A DNA stretch of 55,752 bases from assembly GCA_021791795.1 (NCBI GenBank), contig JAJYVX010000003.1, positions 1 to 55,752 on the forward strand. Direction: 5' to 3'. This stretch comes from Actinomycetes bacterium (GTDB taxonomy: Bacteria > Actinomycetota > Acidimicrobiia > Acidimicrobiales > Bog-793). The notes under the pieces were generated by a model that was not told the origin of the DNA, did not search any database, and saw only the letters and a program-made list of their open reading frames with translations. The first letter of the stretch is position 1. The number at the start of each line of letters is the position of its first letter. Positions 48,090-55,752 of this stretch are shown piece after piece. Both the position numbers and the translations under genes were made by a program.

Positions 48090-50005
48090 GGGCGTGTCGC
48101 CAGCTCCGAGACCACCGGTTCCGTCGGTCCTGCTTGCCACCCTTCGTCCGGATCCTTCCACCACTCCGGTGCTCGGTAACGGCCCTCGGAACGGGCGAGC
48201 GCGACGTAGGGCCCTCGGTCGAACATCGGCACGTCCGTGCGCTCGGCGGAGAGGCGGGCTCTGAGCTCGAGCGTCGCGGCCTGGTCGACCTCGACCGAAC
48301 CGCTGCTCTCCTCGAGCACCACCCCGTAGTCCCGCCTGGCTCCCTCTGGGCTCACGAGCCCGCACGTGACGTCGTAGGCGACGAGCTCGGGTTCGCGCAT
48401 CAACGGATCGCCCCAGCCACCGCCACCCGTGGTCACGACATGGATCTCCTCGCCGGCGGAGACAGCGACGTCGTCGCACATTCCCGGCAGCTCCTCGATG
48501 GACCCGTCGGGCCGGCGGCGGCTCACGCGGTACGTGCCCCCGCAGCGACCCCCGTTCGTCCCGTAGGTGTTGACGAGGGACCGGTCGGCGTTCGAGAGGA
48601 GCTGCGTGTCGACGAGGGGGCGGATCGTCTTGTCGTAGCCGAGCCCGCCTCGCCGATAGCCCGCGCCGCCGGAGTCCGTCTTCAGCGCGAGCCGTTCGAT
48701 GCGGACGGGGTAGTTCGTCTCGGAGAACTCGACCGGCAGGTTGCGCGAGTTGGGCACGACGTGAACGACGTCGCTGCCGTCCGCCCAGGGCCGTCCGGGA
48801 CCACCACCGCCGAGCACCTCGCGAAAGAGGAAGAAGTCGTCCTTATCGTTCCGCCCGTACAGGCCCCAGATACGGATCGTCTCGTGATCGGCCGGCATCC
48901 TTCCGCCGGTCGCCTTTGCCAAGAGTGCCGCGAACACGCCGAGAGATCTGAGCAGGATGAAGAACCTGAGTCCGGTCGGCTTGCCGAAGTTGGGCGTCAC
49001 GAGCGTGCCTGTCTCGGGGAACTTCACCTCGATCACGTCGAGGACGCCCTCGTTCATGTCGATCTCGGCAGCCCTCTCCGGTGTGTCCGCGAGCGAGCGC
49101 AGCACCGGCGCCATCCACTTGCGCACGAAACGGCCGTCGGAGTAGTTGATCGCCCAGTTGATGGGGCCGTCGGCCTCGGGATCGGTGCCCGAGAAGTCGA
49201 GGACGATCTTGTCGGGCGTCTTCGTCATCGTCATGCGCAGTGCGTGCAGACGTGGGGCCGTCACACCGTCGCACTCGATGAAGTCCTCCCAGTGGTAGAC
49301 GCCGTCTGCGATCTTCGGGAGAAGCTCGCTTCGGATCACCCTGGCGCACTTGGAGATGACCTCGTCGAACGCCTCCTCGAGCAGGTCGACGCCGTAACGG
49401 TCCGCCAGCTCGACGATCCGCCGGACACCTATCAGCGCGGCCCCTCTCTCGGCGTCGAGGTCGCCCTTCAAGTGGTCCGAGAGCCGCGAGTTGCGGGCGA
49501 TGACGTCGAAGGTCGAGTTTCGCCGGCCACGCTCGTAGAGCTTGATGGGCGGCACGACCAGGCCCTCCTGCCACATGTCGACGGCGTGTACAGGGAGGCT
49601 GCCGGGAACCATGCCGCCGACGTCGTCGTGGTGACCGAAGACCTGACTGAAGCCGATCAGTCGGTCTTCCTTGAAAATGGGGATCGTCGTGCAGAGGTCG
49701 GGAATGTGGCCGATCCCCCCGGAGCTGTTGTAGGGGTCGTTCCAGAAGAACACGTCTCCGGGGAAGACGTTGTCGAGACCGAACACCTCGAAGATCGGGT
49801 CCACCACGGCCGAGTACGAGCGCCCAGTCAGCTTGCGCCCGCGTGCGTCGAACAGCGCCACGCGGTAGTCGTGCTGGTCCCGGATCATCGGCGAGCGGGC
49901 CGTGCGTTCCACGGCGGACTCGATCTCGACCTCGGTCGACCGGACGGTCCCCTCGATGACCTCGTAGTCGATCGGGTTGAGTGAGGCAGGAACGTCGATG
50001 CTCAC
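48086..50005 (-). CDS. hyuB: Hydantoinase B/oxoprolinase-family protein
   Basis: NPIDYEVIEGTV...ARSPMIRDQHDY N-terminus typical of HyuB. 639 aa. GTGA overlap with the hyuA-like gene. Confidence 0.9.
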   Translation of the reverse strand: MSIDVPASLNPIDYEVIEGTVRSTEVEIESAVERTARSPMIRDQHDYRVALFDARGRKLTGRSYSAVVDPIFEVFGLDNVFPGDVFFWNDPYNSSGGIGHIPDLCTTIPIFKEDRLIGFSQVFGHHDDVGGMVPGSLPVHAVDMWQEGLVVPPIKLYERGRRNSTFDVIARNSRLSDHLKGDLDAERGAALIGVRRIVELADRYGVDLLEEAFDEVISKCARVIRSELLPKIADGVYHWEDFIECDGVTAPRLHALRMTMTKTPDKIVLDFSGTDPEADGPINWAINYSDGRFVRKWMAPVLRSLADTPERAAEIDMNEGVLDVIEVKFPETGTLVTPNFGKPTGLRFFILLRSLGVFAALLAKATGGRMPADHETIRIWGLYGRNDKDDFFLFREVLGGGGPGRPWADGSDVVHVVPNSRNLPVEFSETNYPVRIERLALKTDSGGAGYRRGGLGYDKTIRPLVDTQLLSNADRSLVNTYGTNGGRCGGTYRVSRRRPDGSIEELPGMCDDVAVSAGEEIHVVTTGGGGWGDPLMREPELVAYDVTCGLVSPEGARRDYGVVLEESSGSVEVDQAATLELRARLSAERTDVPMFDRGPYVALARSEGRYRAPEWWKDPDEGWQAGPTEPVVSELATRP

Positions 50006-52062
50006 GTCGGTTCCCTTTCAAGCAGCAGGTTGTAGGCGGCGTCGCAGCGTGCATGCCAGCCTCTCGGCAGTACCACGGTGGAGCCGTACTCCTCGACGAT
50101 CGTCGGCCCCTCGAGCTCGCTGCCGGGCCGAAGACTCGCCCGGGCCACGACCGCGCAATCGGTCCAGCCGTCCTTACGCCAGTAAACCTGACGGCTCGGG
50201 CGCCTTCCGTCGCTCCCGCCCGGCATGGCCGGGTCGACGACGTCGATGTTCGGACGGGCAATCCGCCCGACCGCCTGCACGCGAAGGTTCACGAGCTCGA
50301 CCTCCTGCTCGCCTCGGTAGGAGTAGCCGAACTCCCGATCGTGCGCGGCATGGAAGAGATCCCACATCGCCTCGGTGCTCTCGGTGACGGAGAACTCCTC
50401 GGGCACGAGCACCCGGACCTCGTAGCTCTGACCGCGGTAGCGAAGATCAGCCGCGAGAGCGGCGGTCATGTCACCCTCCCGCACGCCTTCAGCCCGCAGC
50501 TCCTCGTACCCGGTTGCCCCGAGCTCGGACCACGCGGCGATGATCTCCTTCGGGTCGGCCGTCGACTCCCTGCGCACGAACGTTCGCACGAGGTCGCGCC
50601 GCATGTCCGAGACCTGGAGACCGAGCGCCGACAAGTTGCCGGGGTTGGGTGGGGACAGGATCCTGCGCGAGCCGAGGAACTCGGCGACATCCGCGGCGAG
50701 CATCCCTCCGGCACCACCGAACGACACGAGCCAGTAGGTGGAAGGGTCGATGCCCTTGTGCACGGTGACACGACGGATCCCGTGGACCTGGTTGGCGGCG
50801 GCGATCTCGAGCACCCCGGCGGCAGCCTCTTCGGGAGCGAGGCCGACTCGCTCGCCGAGCTCCTCGAGCGCCGCGTAGGCAAGGTCGTGGCGCAGAGCAA
50901 GCTCGCCGCCGATGAGCGCTTCGGGAAGGCGGCCAAGGACGAGGGCCGCGTCCGTGACCGTCGGCTCCGTCCCGCCTCTGCCGTAGCTGATCGGGCCGGG
51001 ATCGGCACCGGCGCTGCGCGGGCCGACCTTGAGCGAGCCCTGCGGGTCCACCCAGGCGATCGAGCCACCCCCGGTTCCGACCGTCGCAAGGTCGATTATC
51101 GGCACCTTCACGGGGTAACCCTCGATCACCGTCTCGCTCGAAAGCACCGGCAGACCGTTGCGCACCACACACACGTCTGTCGAAGTGCCACCGACGTCGA
51201 ACGTGAGGATGTCGCCGATACCGCTCAGGCCAGCCATGTGGATGGCGCCGAGCACGCCGGCCGCCGGCCCCGAGAAGAGCATGGTCACCGGGCGCTCGGC
51301 TGCGCGCCTTGCGGTCACGACGCCGCCGTTCGACTGCATGATCAAGAACGCGCAGTCACCCTGGTCCGTCTGGATCCGCCGCTCTGCCTCTCTCAGGTAC
51401 CTCGCGCAGTAGGGCTTCACCATCACGTCGAGCAAGGTCGTCATCGCCCGCTCGTACTCGCGATACTCAGGCAACACCGTCGAGGACAACGAGACGGCTA
51501 GACCTGGGAAGTGCTCGGCTGCGATCTCCCCGACTCGCCGCTCGTGCTCGCTCGACGCATAGGAGTGCAACAGGCAGACAGCGACACGGTCGACCCCGCG
51601 AGCCTGGAGCCGCGAGAGCGCCTCGTGCACGCTGCGCTCGTCGACAGCCTCGAGCTCGGCACCGGAGAAGTCGAGCCGTCCACCGACCTCCTCGACGAGA
51701 TGAAGCGGCACCAGGCGGGGCGGCTTGACCCAGAAGAAGGAGTTGCCGTAGCCGTCGGGCACTGACTGGCGGGCGATCTCGATGATGTGCCGGAAGCCAC
51801 GCGTGACTAGCAGCCCTATTCCTTCGAACTCGTGCTCGACGACGGCGTTCGTCGCGCTCGTGGTCCCGTGCACGACCATCTCCACTTCGTCCGCTGAGCG
51901 GCCGGCGCTGCGGAGGATCTTCTCGATGCCGGCCTGCAGGGCGACACTTGGGTCCTGCGGCGTCGAAGGCGTCTTCGTCGCATAGGTACGGCCCCCCGCT
52001 TCGTCTATGGCGACGACATCGGTGAACGTTCCACCGGTGTCGACGGACACTCGCAGGGTCAC
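50002..52062 (-). CDS. hyuA: Hydantoinase A/oxoprolinase-family protein (ATP-dependent)
   Basis: VSVDTGGTFTDVV N-terminal ASKHA-fold motif and FDVGGTSTDV. 686 aa. GGAGGAGG RBS. Confidence 0.9.
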   Translation of the reverse strand: MTLRVSVDTGGTFTDVVAIDEAGGRTYATKTPSTPQDPSVALQAGIEKILRSAGRSADEVEMVVHGTTSATNAVVEHEFEGIGLLVTRGFRHIIEIARQSVPDGYGNSFFWVKPPRLVPLHLVEEVGGRLDFSGAELEAVDERSVHEALSRLQARGVDRVAVCLLHSYASSEHERRVGEIAAEHFPGLAVSLSSTVLPEYREYERAMTTLLDVMVKPYCARYLREAERRIQTDQGDCAFLIMQSNGGVVTARRAAERPVTMLFSGPAAGVLGAIHMAGLSGIGDILTFDVGGTSTDVCVVRNGLPVLSSETVIEGYPVKVPIIDLATVGTGGGSIAWVDPQGSLKVGPRSAGADPGPISYGRGGTEPTVTDAALVLGRLPEALIGGELALRHDLAYAALEELGERVGLAPEEAAAGVLEIAAANQVHGIRRVTVHKGIDPSTYWLVSFGGAGGMLAADVAEFLGSRRILSPPNPGNLSALGLQVSDMRRDLVRTFVRRESTADPKEIIAAWSELGATGYEELRAEGVREGDMTAALAADLRYRGQSYEVRVLVPEEFSVTESTEAMWDLFHAAHDREFGYSYRGEQEVELVNLRVQAVGRIARPNIDVVDPAMPGGSDGRRPSRQVYWRKDGWTDCAVVARASLRPGSELEGPTIVEEYGSTVVLPRGWHARCDAAYNLLLEREPT

Positions 52063-52081
52063 CTAGTCCCTCCTCCTTGTT

Positions 52082-52106
52082 TATCCGCTGATCGGATACA
52101 CTATCC
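52082..52106. promoter_or_regulatory. Overlapping palindromes, candidate IclR operator between the divergent hyuA-like and iclR genes
   Basis: TATCCG-ctgat-CGGATA (52082-52098) and GGATA-cac-TATCC (52094-52106), 20-45 nt upstream of the hyuA-like start. Confidence 0.4.
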
Positions 52107-52172
52107 TGTGTGTGGTAACGTAACATCGCCAGGCGGAGACGTCAACGCGGGTAGCGAACCGGAGGTGGAAGC

Positions 52173-53051
52173 ATGCCGGGAACTGTGCGGGACAAGGATC
52201 TCCCGCCGAGGGGCAAGTTCTTGACCGGCAACACCAGAGATGGCGGGGCTTCGCCGACGCTGCGAGGACTGCACCGCGCCGTCGACGTCCTCGAAGCATT
52301 GGCATCCGAGCCGATGCGGCCGAGCGAGCTGTGCAGGCACCTCGGCCTCCCTTGGACCTCGGTGCATCGTCTCGTCTCCCAGTTGGTCGCGCAGCGCTTC
52401 GTCGAGAAGGAGCCGGACTCGGGCCGATACCGGGTGGGGCAGGCGTGCTGGCTCGTCGGGAGCGCTTACACGGTCCACCACCCAGTACTCGACGTCGGCC
52501 GACCGAGCGTCGAGTTGCTCGCCGCGAACGTCGATGCCGTGGCGCAGCTCTGCGAGCGGGCCGACCGCCTCGCCCTCACCCTGCTCTCCGTGCACCGCTC
52601 CGACTCGGAAAGCATCCTCAAGACGACTTACGGCTATCACTTCCCCCTGCACTGCGGCTCAAAGGGCCAGGTCTTGCTCGCGTACTCAGACGCGCAGTTC
52701 ATCGAGGACTACGTGAGAGAACCGCTCGAGCAGCTCACCCCCGAGACCATCACGGATCCCGGGCATCTGCTCGAAGTGCTGGCCCGGATACGCGAGCTCG
52801 GATTCGCCCGTACGGAGGCCGACGTCCAGACGTTCACGGGGTCGCTTGCCGCACCAGTCTTCGGCCGAGACGGACAAGTCCTCGCATCAGTCTGCTTGAT
52901 AGCGCGGCGCTCGAAGCTCGCCGACAACGACACGGTCGACTTAATGACCGAGCGATTGCTCGGAGTCACCCGCAGCATCTCGGCAGCGCTCGGCTGGCGA
53001 CCGGGTGCGGACCAATCGCCGCGACAACCTGACCGGCAGTCTCATCGGTAG
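52173..53051 (+). CDS. IclR-family transcriptional regulator
   Basis: Winged-helix segment LRGLHRAVDVLEALASEPMRPSELCRHLGLPWTSVHRLVSQLV and a C-terminal IclR effector domain. Confidence 0.88.
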   Translation: MPGTVRDKDLPPRGKFLTGNTRDGGASPTLRGLHRAVDVLEALASEPMRPSELCRHLGLPWTSVHRLVSQLVAQRFVEKEPDSGRYRVGQACWLVGSAYTVHHPVLDVGRPSVELLAANVDAVAQLCERADRLALTLLSVHRSDSESILKTTYGYHFPLHCGSKGQVLLAYSDAQFIEDYVREPLEQLTPETITDPGHLLEVLARIRELGFARTEADVQTFTGSLAAPVFGRDGQVLASVCLIARRSKLADNDTVDLMTERLLGVTRSISAALGWRPGADQSPRQPDRQSHR

Positions 53052-53067
53052 GGAAAGGGGAGAGCAA

Positions 53068-54333
53068 GTGACGGACAGAAGTGCCCGTGTCGCCGACCTG
53101 TCTGCAAAGTCGGGTACCTCCAGCAGACCTGGTCCGCTCGAGGGCGTGATTGTGCTCGACCTCAGCCGGGCACTCGCAGGACCGTACGCGACACTCATGC
53201 TCGCCGACGCGGGTGCATCCGTCATCAAGGTCGAGCGGCCGGGGTCGGGAGACGACACGCGCAGATGGGGCCCGCCGTTCGTGGGGCCAGAGGGGGCGCG
53301 GGAGTCCACCTACTTCCTGTCAGTGAACCGCAACAAGCTCTCTGTCGAGCTCGACCTTCGTTCCGAACAAGACCGCCCGCGCCTCGATGCGCTCATCCGC
53401 CGCGCCGATGTGCTCGTCGAGAACTTCCGCCCTGGTGCGAGAGAGCGCCTCGGACTCTCCGACGGGGCGCTCGCCACGCTCAACCGGTCGCTCGTCACGC
53501 TGTCGATCACGGGCTTCGGGCATGGTGGCCCGGACGGGCACCGCTCGGGCTACGACCAGATCCTCCAAGGCGAGGCAGGCCTCATGGGGCTGACCGGTCT
53601 ACCCGGCGGTCCGGCTGTCAAGGTCGGGGTGCCGATCTGCGACATTCTCGCGGGCATGTTCGGCGCCTTCGGAGTTGTCGCGGCCTTGAAGGAGCGGGAA
53701 CGCTCCGGCCGCGGGCAGGTGATACGAACCTCACTGCTCGAGGCAGCGCTCGCCGTACACACCTATCAGGGCACCCGGTGGCTAATCGGTGGGGAGGTGC
53801 CGAGCTCGGAGGGCAACCGTCATCCGACGATCGCGCCATACGGCTCCTATGACTGCGCCGATGGATCGATCAACATCGCAGTCGGTTCGGAGAAGCTATG
53901 GCAAAGCTTCGCACCGCTTGTCGATGTGGATCCTGACGATGCACGCTTCTCCTCCAACGAGCTCCGCCGCGCCAACCGCGAAGAGCTCGACGCCGCCATC
54001 ACGAGGGCATTCGGAAACGAGGAGGTCGATCGCTGCATAGCGCGTCTCGACGAGGCAGGCGTCCCGGCAGGAAGGGTGAGGCGCCTCGACGAGGTCTACG
54101 AGTGGGAGCAGGTGCAGGCACTCGAGCTGATCGACCACACACGCCACCGGGTACTTGGCGAGATCCGCCTACCGGCGAGCCCGCTCTCCTACTCGCGCTC
54201 GGCGCCTGGTGCGTCGAACGCGCCACCCGTCCTCGGCGAGCACACCGATGCGGTCGCCAGCTGGCTGGAGGATCTGGACACTCCTCAAAGCCATGAAGCG
54301 ACCGCCACAAGGGACGGGCTTGACCAGTTGTAG
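53068..54333 (+). CDS. Family III CoA-transferase (CaiB/BaiF/Frc type)
   Basis: GVIVLDLSRALAGPYATLMLADAGASVIKVERP...DDTRRWGPPF. GTG at 53068 with GGGAAAGGGGAG RBS. Confidence 0.9.
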   Translation: MTDRSARVADLSAKSGTSSRPGPLEGVIVLDLSRALAGPYATLMLADAGASVIKVERPGSGDDTRRWGPPFVGPEGARESTYFLSVNRNKLSVELDLRSEQDRPRLDALIRRADVLVENFRPGARERLGLSDGALATLNRSLVTLSITGFGHGGPDGHRSGYDQILQGEAGLMGLTGLPGGPAVKVGVPICDILAGMFGAFGVVAALKERERSGRGQVIRTSLLEAALAVHTYQGTRWLIGGEVPSSEGNRHPTIAPYGSYDCADGSINIAVGSEKLWQSFAPLVDVDPDDARFSSNELRRANREELDAAITRAFGNEEVDRCIARLDEAGVPAGRVRRLDEVYEWEQVQALELIDHTRHRVLGEIRLPASPLSYSRSAPGASNAPPVLGEHTDAVASWLEDLDTPQSHEATATRDGLDQL

Positions 54334-54345
54334 CACGCCTGATAA

Positions 54346-54364
54346 GAATCATGAATCATGATTC
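54346..54364. promoter_or_regulatory. AT-rich palindrome, candidate TetR operator
   Basis: Perfect 12-bp palindrome GAATCATGATTC (54353-54364), overlapping a tandem AATCATG-AATCATG, about 75 nt upstream of the tetR start. Confidence 0.35.
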
Positions 54365-54438
54365 ACTAAGAGTGTCGCCGCGCTCCACGTCGATCAACGG
54401 AGAACCAACATGCGAAGCTGCGGGGTCCTGGGCCGTCG

Positions 54439-55161
54439 ATGACACGGCAGGCCTACGAGGACGTCGAGTCACGGTCGCCAGTAAAAGGGGCCGTGCCGCC
54501 CGCGTGGATCCATACGCCCGTAGGTGCGCCGACAGCACGTGGCGAGCAGACGCGTCAACGGGTCGTGCAGGCAGCAGAGGACCTGTTCCGAAACGCCTCT
54601 AGCTACGAGAACATCGGAGTTGCGGACATCGCCCGGGCCAGCAAGACGTCGGTCGGCACCATCTATCGCTACTTCGCGAGCAAAGATGACCTCTTGCATC
54701 TTGTCCTCAGCAACTCGTTCTGGAGGATGTACACCGCCTCGCGCGGAACCTGGAGACTGGACGACTCCGCTGCAGTCAACTTGGAACGGACTACGCGCGC
54801 CTACCTCGAGGCCTACTGGAGGGAGCGCTCCTTCCTGAGGTTGGCCAGGCGGCTCGCCTCGACGTCGGACAGCGTCCGCGCAACCTGGTGGTCGATGAAC
54901 AAGGAACTGCGCGAACGGATGCGGTCGCGCCTCGTGCAGGATCAGCTGGCGGCGGGAGTCCCTTCTCTCGATTCTGAGCTCATGATCCGCTGCCTTCTTG
55001 GGATGGTCGACGACTATGCAGCGCGGGCTTTCGTCGACGAGGAGTACGGGCCGGCATCCCGAAGAGACATCCCCCGCGTCGCGGCAATGCTCGCGCAGGT
55101 GTGGTTCCGGGCGGTGTGGGCGGCCCCGTCAGACGACCGCAGGGGTGCTCCGTGGGACTGA
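54439..55161 (+). CDS. TetR-family transcriptional regulator
   Basis: HTH segment RQRVVQAAEDLFRNASSYENIGVADIARASKTSVGTIYRYFASKDDLL. Confidence 0.88.
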   Translation: MTRQAYEDVESRSPVKGAVPPAWIHTPVGAPTARGEQTRQRVVQAAEDLFRNASSYENIGVADIARASKTSVGTIYRYFASKDDLLHLVLSNSFWRMYTASRGTWRLDDSAAVNLERTTRAYLEAYWRERSFLRLARRLASTSDSVRATWWSMNKELRERMRSRLVQDQLAAGVPSLDSELMIRCLLGMVDDYAARAFVDEEYGPASRRDIPRVAAMLAQVWFRAVWAAPSDDRRGAPWD

Positions 55162-55752
55162 AGCGCAAGCGGCACGACTTCGTCGAACTACTCATCATCG
55201 ATCGGCCGGAGGCGGCCAACGCCATCGACCTCGACACGGCGCAGCAGATGTCCACCGCTCTCGACGAGCTCGGCCGAGACCGAGAGGTACGGGCGGTCGT
55301 GATCACCGGAGCCGGCGAACGCGTCTTCTCGGCGGGAATGGACCTGAACGCTGTGGCCAGCGGCATGGCACCGGCGATCAACGGTGTTGCCGGCGGCTTC
55401 GCCGGTCTGGTGCGGCGCCAGTTCCCGCATCCTCTCATCGCAGCCGTCAACGGCCCTGCAGTCGGGGGCGGCTTCGAGATCGTGCTCGCCTGTGACCTTG
55501 TCGTCGCCGCTGAGACTGCAAGTTTCGGGCTGCCCGAGGTGAAGCGCGGACTGATGGCGGCTTCGGGAGGTCTGATCCGCCTCGCGCAGTGCCTTCCACC
55601 TGCCCTCGCATTCGAGCTCGCGCTGACCGGCGAGCGGATCGACGCACGACGCGCTCTCGAGCTCGGCCTCGTCAACCGCGTCGTACCGACGGGTCGAGCG
55701 CTCGACGAGGCCATGGTGCTCGCCCGGCAGATCGCTGCAAACGCACCGATCG
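55152..55752 (+). CDS. Enoyl-CoA hydratase/isomerase (crotonase) family protein, 3' end outside the window
   Basis: Manual translation from the GTG at 55152 gives VGLKRKRHDFVELLIIDRPEAANAIDL...VITGAGERVFSAGMDL...AAVNGPAVGGGFEIVLACDL...LTGERIDARRALELGLVNRVV. It is open to the window end and absent from the ORF track. It overlaps the tetR stop by 10 nt. Confidence 0.85.
   Translation, partial: MGLKRKRHDFVELLIIDRPEAANAIDLDTAQQMSTALDELGRDREVRAVVITGAGERVFSAGMDLNAVASGMAPAINGVAGGFAGLVRRQFPHPLIAAVNGPAVGGGFEIVLACDLVVAAETASFGLPEVKRGLMAASGGLIRLAQCLPPALAFELALTGERIDARRALELGLVNRVVPTGRALDEAMVLARQIAANAPI

Overview
This is a GC-rich, GC3-biased chromosomal segment of actinobacterial type, densely packed with about 50 protein-coding genes. 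I saw no rRNA or tRNA genes, no CRISPR array, and no transposase, integrase or phage genes. The content is almost entirely small-nitrogen-compound catabolism plus a few housekeeping genes.

Gene content, left to right:
- **2-3014:** a 5'-truncated sensor histidine kinase and FtsH.
- **3044-4452:** a BNR/Asp-box beta-propeller protein translationally coupled to a MoaD/ThiS-like protein ending in Gly-Gly.
- **4421-5103:** a degraded acyltransferase-3 remnant.
- **5172-9137:** an aldo/keto reductase, a D-aminoacylase-type amidohydrolase and an amidase.
- **9180-9632:** a Bcp/PrxQ peroxiredoxin missed by the ORF track. Its peroxidatic Cys codon is an in-frame TGA followed by a hairpin, so it is a candidate selenoprotein.
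- **9688-19972:** an XRE/cupin regulator and a soxBDAG-like heterotetrameric oxidase, convergent with a GS-like gene and three split glutamate-synthase-like genes. This is the N-methylglutamate methylamine pathway signature.
- **20243-29164:** Rieske oxygenase alpha and beta subunits, CoxG, a TPP enzyme, an aminotransferase, a PhnZ-like HD-domain protein and an amino-acid ABC transporter.
- **29276-36669:** a DoeB-like deacylase, an FAD oxidoreductase, an MFS transporter, and a tight DUF1116-ferredoxin-orphan-cupin-amidase module.
- **36850-52062 (minus strand):** an 11-gene operon encoding hydantoinase A and B, CoxM/S/L-type molybdenum hydroxylase subunits, a sugar-type ABC transporter, a fused AccD-AccA carboxyltransferase, a CN-hydrolase and a creatininase-family protein. 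Most junctions are GTGA or ATGA overlaps. A divergent IclR regulator and palindromic operator candidates sit upstream.
- **53068-55752:** a CoA-transferase, a TetR regulator and a 3'-truncated enoyl-CoA hydratase.

The observations I consider most worth follow-up are the candidate Sec-peroxiredoxin, the unassigned molybdenum-hydroxylase/hydantoinase/carboxyltransferase operon, the DUF1116 module, and the Rieske/HD-domain island.

All functional calls rest on motif and family recognition by eye. No database search was run.
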